Origin: Polyangiaceae bacterium
GTDB taxonomy: Bacteria > Myxococcota_A > Polyangia > Polyangiales > Polyangiaceae
Reading direction: 5' to 3'
Assembly: GCA_044376115.1 (NCBI GenBank)
Contig: JBILLK010000036.1
Location: 1 to 64,000, forward strand
Length of the DNA stretch: 64,000 nt
The position numbers and the translations under genes are program-made. Below, piece by piece: positions 40,543 through 50,615 of this stretch (the stretch's first letter is position 1; every line of letters begins with the position of its first letter). A model generated the notes under the pieces. It saw nothing but the letters and a program-made list of their open reading frames with translations, had not been told where the DNA came from and searched no databases.

Positions 40543-41406
40543 TCAATCCTTGGTGCTGATGCACTCGCCGGTGGCGACGATGGCGACGCCGGCTGCATTG
40601 GCCGAACACTCGTTCGAGTAGGTCATCCCATCGCAACCGCACACAGGTGAGTAGTCCTCCGGGCAGCCTTGCGGGATGGTGTCGCAGAAGCCGAGGGCAT
40701 CGGCCCAGCCGCAGGTATCTTCGAGTTTGTAGTTGCAGAATTGCCCGGGCTCACAGCCGGCTCCGTCGCCTGCAAAGCCGCACGGCGTACCCGGCTCCGG
40801 CGGCGGCGCCTCACACGGTCCTTCGCTGCTCACCGACTGGCCGTCGGCATTGGCCAGACAGGCGTTGTCGTAGGTGACGCCGTTGCAAGCGCAAACCGGG
40901 CCATAGATCTCACCACACACCGTCGGCAGCTCTTTGCATTCGCCGAGGCCGTCATCAAAGCCGCACGAAGCGTCGGAGTAGTAGCAGAATTCACCTTCAG
41001 CGCAGGGCAGACCAGCGATGCCACCGCAGGCCTCACCCACAGGCCCTTGATCGATGCAACCGCAGCCACACTCGGGCGAGCCGAACCCAACTTGGTTCTC
41101 GTCACACGCGTAGTCGATCACTTCGCATTGCTCCGGCGTACCGACGTAATGCACCGTGGGGTCGTTCGGGTCGGGGCAGTTCGAGAGCGCGCAATCCGGG
41201 TCGACCTGAACACAGAATTCGTCGCATTCTCCGTCGCCGTACCAACCTTGGGCTTCGCAGATGTCGTTGCCTTCTTGATCGATGCCGCCGAGTTCTTCGG
41301 CCTCCTCCTTGGTGATGTCGTCGGTGCCCGCCACGGTGGCGTTGCAGGCGGCGAGGGGCAGAGCAAGCGCGAGGGCGAGGCTAAAACTACGGGCGTTGCA
41401 AAGCAT
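40543..41406 (-). CDS. Lipoprotein with two Kazal-type domains
   Basis: Lipobox LAAC; PVCACNGVTYDNAC.A and PVCGCDGMTYSNEC.A, each preceded by a CG...C..G.FC module. Confidence 0.85.
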   Translation of the reverse strand: MLCNARSFSLALALALPLAACNATVAGTDDITKEEAEELGGIDQEGNDICEAQGWYGDGECDEFCVQVDPDCALSNCPDPNDPTVHYVGTPEQCEVIDYACDENQVGFGSPECGCGCIDQGPVGEACGGIAGLPCAEGEFCYYSDASCGFDDGLGECKELPTVCGEIYGPVCACNGVTYDNACLANADGQSVSSEGPCEAPPPEPGTPCGFAGDGAGCEPGQFCNYKLEDTCGWADALGFCDTIPQGCPEDYSPVCGCDGMTYSNECSANAAGVAIVATGECISTKD

Positions 41407-41483
41407 GATCATCTCCAAAAGAGGATGGGTAACAGGGAGGAGCTGCGCACCCCAGCGAGTCCCGGGGTGCGCCGAGACAAGGT

Positions 41484-42311
41484 TCAGCGCGGGCCTTCGC
41501 ACGGGCCGAGCGGCTCGTCGCAGTTGGCGGGTCCGCAGCTGGACGGGTACATCTGACCGTCGACGCAGGTGATCACGAACGCGCATACGAGTTCGGGGTT
41601 GCACTCGGTGGCGCAGTCACCGATCGGCGCGTCACAGTTGGCCGGTCCGCAGGTCGTGGGGAAGAGCTGACCGTCGACACAGGTGATCGCGTCACCGCAG
41701 AGCAGCGTCGGATCACATGGCTCGCTAGGGCAATCGCCGATCGGTGCGTCGCAGTTAGCCGGCCCACAACCGGTCGGGTACAGCTGACCTTCGTGGCAGG
41801 TCAGGATCTCGGGGCAAACAAGGGCGGGATCGCATTGCTCTTCGCACGGTCCGAGCGGCTGATCGCAGTTACCGGGCCCGCAGGTCGTCGGGTAGATTTG
41901 GCCGTCCACGCAGGTCAACGCGTCACCGCACACGAGCGTCGCGTCGCAGGTGGTTTCACAAGGACCGAGCGCTGCGTCGCAGTTGTTGGGTCCGCACGCC
42001 GTTGGGTAGAGCAGCCCGTCGACGCAGGAGACGATCTCGGCGCAAACCAGCGCCGGATCACACTCGACACACGCCATCTCGGTGCAGAGGATCTCGCCGC
42101 TGGCGTCGCAGGTACAGGTGTTACAGCCGTCTTGTGAAGGGAAGACGTCCCCTTCGGCGCGGGCAACGCCGCTGTCGTCGCAGCCGGTCGCGCCGCCAGA
42201 GCCACCGTCACCGCCGGAGCCACCGTCACCACCCGAGCCGCTCGAGCTGCCGCAGGCGATGGTGAAGAGGAGTACGGAGGAACCGAGGATTGAGGCGATC
42301 GATCGAAGCAT
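41484..42311 (-). CDS. Lipoprotein with a pacifastin-like motif and five Cys-rich tandem repeats
   Basis: Lipobox TIAC; DGCNTCTC...CTEMAC; five copies of CDP.L.C....TCVDGQLYPT.CGP.NCD..(L/I)G.C. Confidence 0.8.
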   Translation of the reverse strand: MLRSIASILGSSVLLFTIACGSSSGSGGDGGSGGDGGSGGATGCDDSGVARAEGDVFPSQDGCNTCTCDASGEILCTEMACVECDPALVCAEIVSCVDGLLYPTACGPNNCDAALGPCETTCDATLVCGDALTCVDGQIYPTTCGPGNCDQPLGPCEEQCDPALVCPEILTCHEGQLYPTGCGPANCDAPIGDCPSEPCDPTLLCGDAITCVDGQLFPTTCGPANCDAPIGDCATECNPELVCAFVITCVDGQMYPSSCGPANCDEPLGPCEGPR

Positions 42312-42436
42312 GGTGAGTCTCCTGAAGGTTGGACGCGTGCGGCCGCCCCCCGAAGAGGGCGCGACGAAGTGAAAAGCCGTGAGCCCCTCGAGGCCGCCCT
42401 AGCGCGTCCTCCCGTTGCTCACTTGTAGACCCCTTA

Positions 42437-42452
42437 AGCAACCGCGATGCCA
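42437..42452 (-). promoter_or_regulatory. Sigma54 (-24/-12) promoter upstream of the Cys-rich lipoprotein genes
   Basis: Minus strand reads TGGCATCGCGGTTGCT (GG-N10-GC). An upstream inverted pair lies at TGTCTCA (42505-42511) / TGAGACA (42545-42551). Confidence 0.7.
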
Positions 42453-42585
42453 TCCGAGACTTGAGCGGGATATCGCTGAAATTCAGGCTTTGGAAGGTGA
42501 TAGTTGTCTCAATTGTGTATCAATGTCGTATCGATTGGCATCTATGAGACAGTGCGGCACAGTCAAAGCCTACAAAACAAGAGAC

Positions 42586-42645
42586 TCGGAGCATTCGGAT
42601 GCTCAACCCAGGGTCGAGGGTGGGTCGGAGCATTCGGAATGCTCA
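42586..42645. repeat. Two palindromic direct repeats flanking a third short hairpin
   Basis: tcggagcattcggatgctca (42586-42605) and tcggagcattcggaatgctca (42625-42645); the spacer has accca/tgggt arms. Confidence 0.65.
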
Positions 42646-42717
42646 GACGCCTTGAAAAGCAGGCATGTGTGGGCAGGAGGTAAAGTTGCCATTGGCGAGG
42701 AGCACTGCCTCTGCGCC

Positions 42718-43569
42718 CTAGCGACGAGTACGCGCCTCAACGAGCGCCTGATTTAAGACACTTGCAAAACTGTTGTCGCGCATCGTGCGCGCGAACATGT
42801 CACGCGAGAGCGCACTCCACGCTTGAACGCTCAAGCCGTAAGATGGCAGGAGCGCAGCAGGGTCGGCTCCTCTCTCAATAGCGACCACAATACTCACAAA
42901 CGTTGGAAGTGGGACCGTCTGGAATGGAGTACTAGGCGCGAGAGGGGCTCGGCTCGGAGCTAGAGTGAAGGGCGCGGCTGCTGTCGGCACCTCCCGCACT
43001 AGGACAGTAGCTCTCGCCACCTCGCTTACGGACGCTGCGGAAGCTAGCGGAGTTGGGGATGTCACTGCTTCGCCAGCGGGCGCTTGACCGTCGCCCAGTT
43101 GTGCGTTTCCCACCTGCTGAAGAGCCGTCCTCGTCTCGCCAGCTGATTGTACCACTTGAGACGACCCTGGTAGAGAGGGCTTAACAAACGGGATTTCGCT
43201 TGAATGGTTGGACGACGGAAGACCGCCCTCATCCCTTCTATTCGTCACGGATTCCAAGTTTGGTTGGCTCAGCTCCGGCGGGGGCGACGACGTGATGCGG
43301 GGAGATTCCATGCGGGCTGATTGCGTCCGTGACGCGAAAACCGCGGGCTCACCAGGAAACTGAGTTCGGTTCTCGGGGACTATTCTTGGGGAATGCACTG
43401 CAGCTGTTGGGAACATGCTCGAACCACGAGTCAGTTCCGCACGGAGTGCTTGGTCGTACCGAAAGGCAAACTCAACAACAGCCTCAACCGATGGCTCAAC
43501 CACCGAACTCTCCAGCTGTTCCGTCGCGTGTGCACGTGCCAAGTCAGCGATCCATGAGCTTTGGTCCAC
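42718..43569 (-). CDS. Hypothetical Pro/Ser-rich protein with short helical terminal modules (possibly 5'-truncated)
   Basis: 283-aa ORF in the lower-GC island. The C-terminus (LLPSYGLSVQAWSAL) resembles helical tails seen on myxobacterial T6SS accessory proteins. Confidence 0.45.
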   Translation of the reverse strand: MDQSSWIADLARAHATEQLESSVVEPSVEAVVEFAFRYDQALRAELTRGSSMFPTAAVHSPRIVPENRTQFPGEPAVFASRTQSARMESPRITSSPPPELSQPNLESVTNRRDEGGLPSSNHSSEIPFVKPSLPGSSQVVQSAGETRTALQQVGNAQLGDGQAPAGEAVTSPTPLASAASVSEVARATVLVREVPTAAAPFTLAPSRAPLAPSTPFQTVPLPTFVSIVVAIERGADPAALLPSYGLSVQAWSALSRDMFARTMRDNSFASVLNQALVEARTRR

Positions 43570-43699
43570 TACGCCAGCTTAGTCAGGTTAGGTCTTACGA
43601 GGCGGCGATTCGGGTCGTCTCGCACCATATTGGCCTCGCCTGTTGCGCGTTGGGTCGCTACCGTTCGGTGATTGCGACTTTGGCAACTATGGAGTCACC

Positions 43700-45683
43700 A
43701 TGTCTCGGCGTTCGATGATGCGGATGGGAACACCCATCTCAACCGGCCTTGGACTAACCATTTCAGGGCGCCTTCTAAGTGCCCCACTCGAGGTGCTTTC
43801 AATCGAGGGCGAAGAATCCGCGAATGCCTTATACGAGTTTCGCGTGCGTTTTACGGCGGATCCACGAGACGAATTGGCGGCTGACCGTAGCCACTACACA
43901 TGCCTGGGCAGGTTACACTAGGTCCGGCAAGCGACGCGCGAGTCGTCTACGGGCTCGTTACGAAGTTGGTAACCGAGGTCGGTAGCATCGGACGACGACC
44001 AGTCTATCGCGCTCACATCGGCCCTCGAGCTACGCTCCTGGAGAAGCGCCGGCATTGCCGCATCTTTCAAGATCAATCGGTTGTTCAGATTGTGACCAGT
44101 CTTTTCGCAGATCATCGAATCGTCTACCGATCCCGATTGGTTGGCCAATATCCAGCCCGGGCTTACGTAGTGCAGCACCACGAGAGCGACTGGGAGTTCG
44201 CTATGCGGCTGTTAGCCGAGTGCGGCATCCTGCTCTACTTCGACCATCCGGCAGGTTACGGCGATGCCGCCGAGACTGGCCTGGGTAATAGTGAAGTAGT
44301 CGTGCTTTGTGATACCGCCCAATACTACGTTGACATCGCTGGGGGCACTGAACTCTTGGTGCGGACGGGCGGTCCAACTCAAGGATTGGAGCTTCCAGAA
44401 AATGCGGTCACAGAATTTGCCTCCAAGGTACAGCCAGCAACCACGGTTCGACTGGTCCGCGCGTTTGACTTTAATCGCCCTACCGTAGAGTTGCACGACG
44501 CCCAGCGCGTCGAGGTCAAAGAAGAACCAGCGTTAGTCTATGAGTTTGGGGGCGAGGGAGATGAGTCGCCCCCTGAGATTCAGCACCGCGAATCCGTCTC
44601 GAACAGGATCGCAACGAAACGCTTTTGGGTGAGGGGCGCAGTGTTTGCCGCAGACTCGTACCTGCGCGTGCATTTAGTCTGAGCGGTCATACGCATCCAG
44701 CTATCGACGGCGATTATGTAGTTCTGTCAGTAGAACACCACATTCAGGCCGCGGCGGTATGTCCGCCCACCTCATTGCCGTATGAGAATCGGTTTCTTTG
44801 TGTTCCTCGCGCCGTCCTGTTGAGACCGCGGAGTCCAGTGAAAAGGAGGTTTCTAGGGACGGAAACGGCGGTGGTAGTCGGGCCGGAGGGCGTCGAGCAA
44901 TACGTTGACTCCCTGGGCCGCGTCAAGGTCCAGTTTCATTGGGACCTTACTGGCAAGTTCAATGGTCAGAGTTCCTGTTGGATACGTGTCGCGCAGTCGT
45001 TGGCAGGAGCAGGCTGGGGCGCCCAGTTTATTCCACGGGTTGGGATGGAGGTAGTCGTGACATTTCTGGGCGGGGATCCCGATCGACCGCTCATTACCCA
45101 CGCGGTTTACAATGCAACCCATCCGTGGCCGTTCCCGTTGCCGCACGAAGTGACAAAGTCCGGAATTCGCACTTCGTCCTCGCCCGGGGGGAATGGATAT
45201 CATGAATTCTCGATGGATGATGCTGCAGGTAAGGAGAAGTTATTCATTCACGCGCAGCGCGACGCAGCCCGAGTAATAAGAAACGACGACGCTGAACTAA
45301 TAGGCAATGACCAACGGAGCAACGTTGTCCGCGACCGACTTACCGAAGTTGGCCGTAGGGACGACTCGGTGATTGGTGAACAGCATAGTCGAGCCATCGG
45401 CGGGGACTCGCAAACAGGAACAGTGATGCAGAATGGGCGCATCAAGCTGAGTACTGGCGGATCTAGCTTGGAGTTGGCCGGTGACAATGCCACCTTGAGC
45501 GCTAACGCAGAGATTAACCTAGCCGCTGGCTCAGCCATTCATCTTAGGGCTCCGCTGGTAACCATTGAGGCGGACGCCGTAGAGATACGCGGTACGGGTA
45601 TCATCCAAGTCGACGGTGGCGGATTGGTCACAATTACGGGCGGTATGGTGAAGGTCAACGGCGGAGTAGTAACGGAGAACTAG
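43700..45683 (+). pseudogene. vgrG: Type VI secretion spike VgrG with two frameshifts (~43890, ~44570)
   Basis: GEESANALYEF, RIFQ, VQHHESDWEFAMRLLAECGI, D.LGRVKVQFHWD, SCWIRVAQ..AG.GWG..FIPRVGMEV.V.F.GGDPDRP and F.HAQRD, spread over three ORFs. Confidence 0.88.
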
Positions 45684-45684
45684 C

Positions 45685-46143
45685 ATGCGAAGAAGCCTTA
45701 ACGCGCAGCACCTACAGATTGTTGAGACTACGACGAAGTCATTGGCGACAACGTGTCAGCGGGCGAGTTTGGAAGACGTAACGACGGAGGGCACCGTGCG
45801 CATTAGACTTGCGGATGGGAGCGTGCACTGCGCGGTCCTTGCTACCGAGGAGAGTGATCAAGCTCTGCTGGGCGCAATCGAGGCGAGGAAGCCGGTCGTC
45901 GTTTGCCTTATGGAGGAGGAATGGGTGATTTTGGGGCTCTTGCGCGACCGTTTGGGACTTGCGCCGGCTGGGGCGATTGGCCCACGAGTTGAACTTGAAG
46001 CAAGTGATAGCCTGATTATTGGTTGCGGTGAAGCTAGCATTGAACTTCACGCAAGCGGTCGCATCGCCCTTCGCGGGCACGATGTGCTGGTTAGCTCTTC
46101 AGGAACCACGGCCATTCAAGGCGCGACAGTGCGTGTCAATTGA
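45685..46143 (+). CDS. DUF6484-like small T6SS accessory protein
   Basis: C-terminal ELEA...L.I.CGEASIEL...G.I..RG.......G...IQGATVRVN; located between vgrG and the PAAR-like gene. Confidence 0.7.
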   Translation: MRRSLNAQHLQIVETTTKSLATTCQRASLEDVTTEGTVRIRLADGSVHCAVLATEESDQALLGAIEARKPVVVCLMEEEWVILGLLRDRLGLAPAGAIGPRVELEASDSLIIGCGEASIELHASGRIALRGHDVLVSSSGTTAIQGATVRVN

Positions 46144-46152
46144 GACGTAATC

Positions 46153-47400
46153 ATGGCAGTTACCGTTGTCGTTAACGAGCGTACTATTATTCACCGCAAC
46201 TCCGAGGGACAAGCCCTCGGCGTGCCCGACGTCTGCAAAACGCCGCAGAGTTTTGAGCCTGTTCCTTACGCTAACTTGGCGCTGAGCAAAGACCTTGATG
46301 GCGCAGCAACTACTGTCTTTGCTGATGGATGTTCTATCGCGAAGCAGTCCTCCTGGATTGCTCGCTCAACAGGAGATGAGCCCGGTACTGAAGGCGGCGT
46401 GATAAGTGGCTGCAACCGCGGAAAGGCCTCTTGGCTTACCTACTCGCCAGACGTGATGATTGAAGGGGAGTACGTTCCACGAGCATTGGACCTTACCGCG
46501 ATGAACCACGGGAGCCCAGCGAACTCCTTTGGCTGGTGGATACAGAATCTTAGTGTGCTTGGCGCAACGCAGATTGTTTGCGTGGCTATCTGTAGCTGTC
46601 AGGCGATGTTGCTGAAGATGTGGTGCTTTAAGAAGTTCATGTCTTCAGGTGGACGAGATTTTCTCAATAAGCAGGGGGCACTGAGCTTCTGGACTCCCCA
46701 GCTTGCTCAAGTAAAGCAAGGCTACGGTGCGCAAAGGTTGGTAACGGTTTACGAGCCACGCTTTCCAGGTATCTACCCGGAAGTCAGCTTCCGACAGTTG
46801 CCTAGTGGGCGTTGGCAGGTAGTGCACAGCGACCAGAACACTACGGGTCACCCGCCACTTCCAATCCCTGCGGGGGAATGGATACCAAACACCAAGCGCC
46901 CCGACGTCGTGGTGGCGAAGGACCCTACGAAGCCGCTAACGCGTGACAACATCAAAGAGATTATCGAGGTGAAATTCATCCCGGGAGACGAGTTCAACGA
47001 GGACCAAACGCGCGACTACAACAAGCTCGTTCCAGGGGTACGGGTGAAAGAAGTCTCCAACGAGAGTTGTGGCTGCAGCAAAGTGGATTGGAGCCCAAAA
47101 GGGGTACGACAGCGGGTGGAGGCCGAGAACCTTCAGCCCAAAGCGGAAGAGGTGGATGGTGAGTGCAGCGAGCCAGAGGAATCTGTGGATTTAGAGCCCG
47201 TATCCCCCAAGGCACCGGTCGACTCGTTGCCGCCTTGGCTTACCCCATTGTTTGATTGGGCGCGAAGGCCAAGGCCGAGTGCGCCCCGAGTGCCTGTGTC
47301 AAGGCCGACAGGACCAGGTTTACGGCTTCATCCCGTGTTGTTCTTGATGGAAATACTCGTGGACTGGGATAAGTACAATCCGAGTAAAGTCGAAGCATGA
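46153..47400 (+). CDS. PAAR-like (DUF4150) effector with a VRR-NUC/PD-(D/E)xK nuclease domain (TseV-like)
   Basis: PDVCKTP...PVPY.N, STGDEPG..GGV.SG, SPDV.IEG and NH (DUF4150); KRPDVVVAKDPTKP...DNIKEIIEVKF.PGD...Q..Y (nuclease). Confidence 0.88.
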   Translation: MAVTVVVNERTIIHRNSEGQALGVPDVCKTPQSFEPVPYANLALSKDLDGAATTVFADGCSIAKQSSWIARSTGDEPGTEGGVISGCNRGKASWLTYSPDVMIEGEYVPRALDLTAMNHGSPANSFGWWIQNLSVLGATQIVCVAICSCQAMLLKMWCFKKFMSSGGRDFLNKQGALSFWTPQLAQVKQGYGAQRLVTVYEPRFPGIYPEVSFRQLPSGRWQVVHSDQNTTGHPPLPIPAGEWIPNTKRPDVVVAKDPTKPLTRDNIKEIIEVKFIPGDEFNEDQTRDYNKLVPGVRVKEVSNESCGCSKVDWSPKGVRQRVEAENLQPKAEEVDGECSEPEESVDLEPVSPKAPVDSLPPWLTPLFDWARRPRPSAPRVPVSRPTGPGLRLHPVLFLMEILVDWDKYNPSKVEA

Positions 47401-48560
47401 AGTTAACTTCCTTTCGGTTGCTTCACGGGTTTGATTGCATATTTGATCTGGAGCGTGACTCTTCTTCCTACGCTGACTTTTTCGAGAAGTGCTTTGACGA
47501 GCTACCCCACAGTTTTTTTATAGGGCCTTCCCAGGCGCGACCATCCCAGCCACGGTACCGCGGGCTCCTAAGGCACTATTTGGCCAAGTCGGAGCGTCCA
47601 GCTCGGTCGTATGACATTCTAGATGCGGACGGCCCGCGGGAATTGAGGCGGGGGGGCTTGCATCTATTTGCGGAAGGCACAGAAGCAAAGATCTCTCGAG
47701 ACTGGTCTTGTCAGCGTTTGTTTTTTCCGCTGACGGAGCCACCGGGCAAGCTACTTGAGTGGGTGTTGCACTTCGTTCGGACCGTGCCTGTTCGCTACGG
47801 TGTTGGGGGCTTGACGCTAGCACCTGCGGCCACTGCGTATGAGGGTAACAACCCCCAAGAGGCCTTCCAGTATTGTTGGCGTAATCGCGGGGCTATTTTC
47901 TGGTCGTACGCAAGTATGCAGGCCAAGGATGGTATTCGGGACAGCAATTGGCTTACCCTGGTGTCGCAGGAGCTGTTGACCAAGGCTGGCGGTATCGAGG
48001 CTGCGCGCAAGAACCTCTCCGATGCCGTTACGATTCACTCGGTTAGGGAAGGGTGGTTATTCCAGGCGGGCGAGCGGCCGCTACTTGGGGATATGAGCAA
48101 GCGTGCCGATGATTTTAGTGCTTACGTTGAGGTCGCTCGGTTTCTCAGGCCTTGCCGAGACCCCAAAGTTTTGTGGGGACCCTTTGAATCTCCTGGAGAA
48201 TTCACCCACGAAGAGATGCGGCAGTGGATTGCACGCTTTGATGGTGGAGTGCCTTATGCCGCGAAGATGCCAGAGATTCCCCCGCCCCTGAAACAGCCAG
48301 CGGACATATTCACGAACTTTGACAAGCTTGCGCAGGCTGAGGTCGATTGGACTGCGTACGGCGATTTCGGCGCGGCGAGCAATGGTATTCATCCGCAGAT
48401 AATTTCTAACATAGTAGCGTCGGCGCGAGCGCTACTCACCGTCGACCCCGTCTTTGCCAAGGGCTTTATCCCCGCGATGGAAAGAGCAAAGGAACGCGGA
48501 CCGACCCCGCTTCCTCCAGGTACCGTTTTGCCTAAGCGCAGACTGAAGAAGCGGACCTAG
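47397..48560 (+). CDS. DUF3396 (TsiV-like) immunity protein with a C-terminal extension
   Basis: ATGA overlap with the effector; YG.GG, GI...NWLTL......GG, FQAGERP.LGD...Y..VARFL.P and W..RF. Confidence 0.8.
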   Translation: MKLTSFRLLHGFDCIFDLERDSSSYADFFEKCFDELPHSFFIGPSQARPSQPRYRGLLRHYLAKSERPARSYDILDADGPRELRRGGLHLFAEGTEAKISRDWSCQRLFFPLTEPPGKLLEWVLHFVRTVPVRYGVGGLTLAPAATAYEGNNPQEAFQYCWRNRGAIFWSYASMQAKDGIRDSNWLTLVSQELLTKAGGIEAARKNLSDAVTIHSVREGWLFQAGERPLLGDMSKRADDFSAYVEVARFLRPCRDPKVLWGPFESPGEFTHEEMRQWIARFDGGVPYAAKMPEIPPPLKQPADIFTNFDKLAQAEVDWTAYGDFGAASNGIHPQIISNIVASARALLTVDPVFAKGFIPAMERAKERGPTPLPPGTVLPKRRLKKRT

Positions 48561-48562
48561 TT

Positions 48563-49672
48563 GTGTCGTTCTTTCCTCTTCGCTTGGTACACGAGCATTT
48601 TGACTCCTTGGAAGGGCTGCTCGTTCGCGAGCAGTCCTTGAGTTTCGATCGGAGGTTGGTTGGAGGACAGCTTGCGCGAGTACAAGAGCGAATGCAGGCG
48701 CACCTAGCGGGTCTCGACCACCGCCTGGAGGAAAGTCTCGCTGTTGCCAATTCCCGTTTGTACGCTCGCTCGGCCCCGTCGAGGGCTGCAGCGGCCTGGA
48801 CCCTCGTACGCCTCGCGCCAGGGCGTTTGCCCGTGCGATCAAAACGGGAAGTTGGGTTTGCAGTCATTGACACGCTGATACAGCATGGTCTGGTCCAGGG
48901 CTCGCCGGAGCTAGTCGCAGCGCAGCAACAAGTAACAAGACCCCACGAGTTGGATAACGCTCTCGTCTCTAGCGATACCGAGGTAGCATTCATCGCTCTT
49001 GCCGCGGCGTCGGCACTAGGACGCAAGTCGGCACTAGCAACTGCTCTCAAGGTTCTTTCACACCCAACAGACGCTGGGCTTACTCGCATGGCCGTGTTCG
49101 CAGTAGGACGGAGTTTGTCCCGAGGCCCAACAGACGCGGGCCCTGCGGGGGTTTTGGAAGCACTTCTCGGTGAACAAATCACGACGATCCCGGGCCTACC
49201 AATTCTGGCGGCGCTGTTTGGACACTGGCCGACCGCTTTGCGCCTTGAGAATTGTGCCGTCCACGGAAAGACCGCTCAATTGCGTGAGCAGTGTGTCGTC
49301 GGCCTCGGACTACTAGGGCTCGAACGGTCGATCCCGCTGTTGCGCGAACTGGCCAACGACATGGATCATCACCATCCAAATCTCCACCTAGCTGCTCGGC
49401 GCGCGCTCTCCCAGATGACGGGTGGAGGGGTAGGTGTCGCCGACGACGGACAAAGGATAATCTCGGATACTTGTATTGTTGAACTCCATGAGTCACGGGG
49501 GCCGATGGCGCGGTGGTTCTGTGGCGCACCAGCAGTAGGGCATGGCAGCGCTTGCCTGTCGCCGGCTCAGGTTTACTGGCGTTCGCTGTGGGACGGATCA
49601 GTCGTTCGACTACCGTGGGAGGTGCTGCTTCACGGTAGAGTTCCAGCAAGTTTCTGGAGTTCGCTCGCATGA
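48563..49672 (+). CDS. TIGR02270-like HEAT accessory protein
   Basis: LVHEH...L....R....ERMQAHLAGL, GLLG...IPLL and ARRALSQMTG; located in the DUF2169 cassette. Confidence 0.6.
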   Translation: MSFFPLRLVHEHFDSLEGLLVREQSLSFDRRLVGGQLARVQERMQAHLAGLDHRLEESLAVANSRLYARSAPSRAAAAWTLVRLAPGRLPVRSKREVGFAVIDTLIQHGLVQGSPELVAAQQQVTRPHELDNALVSSDTEVAFIALAAASALGRKSALATALKVLSHPTDAGLTRMAVFAVGRSLSRGPTDAGPAGVLEALLGEQITTIPGLPILAALFGHWPTALRLENCAVHGKTAQLREQCVVGLGLLGLERSIPLLRELANDMDHHHPNLHLAARRALSQMTGGGVGVADDGQRIISDTCIVELHESRGPMARWFCGAPAVGHGSACLSPAQVYWRSLWDGSVVRLPWEVLLHGRVPASFWSSLA

Positions 49673-50613
49673 TTAATTGTCTCAACCTCAGTCGCCAAGG
49701 CTGTGAGGAGCTAATTGTTTCCGGCTTACTCGGTGAGCCTCTGCGAGTGATTGGCCTCCGGAGCCGCTTCGTCGCGTCGACTGGCAAGCCTGCGCCTGAA
49801 AGTGAAGCGGTGAGATTAACTGACCAATTCGGTCCACGTGGGGAATTGCTCGAGCCGGGCGATTTGGTTCCGGAGCGGGTTGGGACGGTCCTTTCGATTC
49901 GTGGCGAAGCCGTAGGTGTGGAGGCCCCCGTGTCGGCTCGAGTGCAGGTCGGTACCTTCAATTGGCGAGCGACCGTTTGGCATCCGCGACGCTGGGTTAT
50001 GCAATCTGGCCAATGGTGTGCTGAGCGAGCCGGTCCTTTCCAGCCGGTAAAGCTAGCGTTTGCGAGTGCTTTCGGCGGACCTAGCTTTCCAGATAACCCT
50101 CTAGGCATGGGGCACATAGGATCAGGCGAACATCCTGAAGGTATCGCGCTGCCGCTCATTGAGCAGGTTGGACTGCCGGTCCACAGTCCGTGGCAACGCC
50201 TAGAGCCGGTTGCTCTGGACTATATCCCACCTGAGTGGCCCGCGCGGAGACGCTTCTCAGGGACTTTCGACGCCGCGTGGGCCCGTAAGCAAGCCCCTCG
50301 ATTGCCAGATGATTTTGACCCGCGTTTCTGGGATGCGGGGACGCTAGTGACCTATCCGCGTCTACGTGGTGGAGAGGAACTACTAACGGAGAACATTGGT
50401 TGCCTCGGCGTTGCGCGCTGGCGCGTACCACGAAACGTAGTTCGAGTAACAATCGAAGGGCGAACTTACCTCCCTGAAGTGGACCAGTTAATTTTGGACG
50501 TTGCAGGAGATCGGCTGACGCTTTGCTCGCGGCTTTCGTTGCCTGTAGACACTCCACTCTCTCGTTTGCCACTGGCTATCGCAAGGGTGCTCGAAGAACG
50601 CTGGCAGGCTTAG
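49669..50613 (+). CDS. DUF2169 T6SS effector adaptor
   Basis: AFGG....NPLG.G, LPLIE, W..RRRF.GTFDAAW.....P.LPDDFDPRF and LRGGE. Confidence 0.88.
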   Translation: MINCLNLSRQGCEELIVSGLLGEPLRVIGLRSRFVASTGKPAPESEAVRLTDQFGPRGELLEPGDLVPERVGTVLSIRGEAVGVEAPVSARVQVGTFNWRATVWHPRRWVMQSGQWCAERAGPFQPVKLAFASAFGGPSFPDNPLGMGHIGSGEHPEGIALPLIEQVGLPVHSPWQRLEPVALDYIPPEWPARRRFSGTFDAAWARKQAPRLPDDFDPRFWDAGTLVTYPRLRGGEELLTENIGCLGVARWRVPRNVVRVTIEGRTYLPEVDQLILDVAGDRLTLCSRLSLPVDTPLSRLPLAIARVLEERWQA

Positions 50614-50615
50614 GT

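Noticed and set aside
42586..42645. Possible mini-CRISPR array
   Set aside because: Only two ~20-bp units, a 19-bp spacer and no cas genes.
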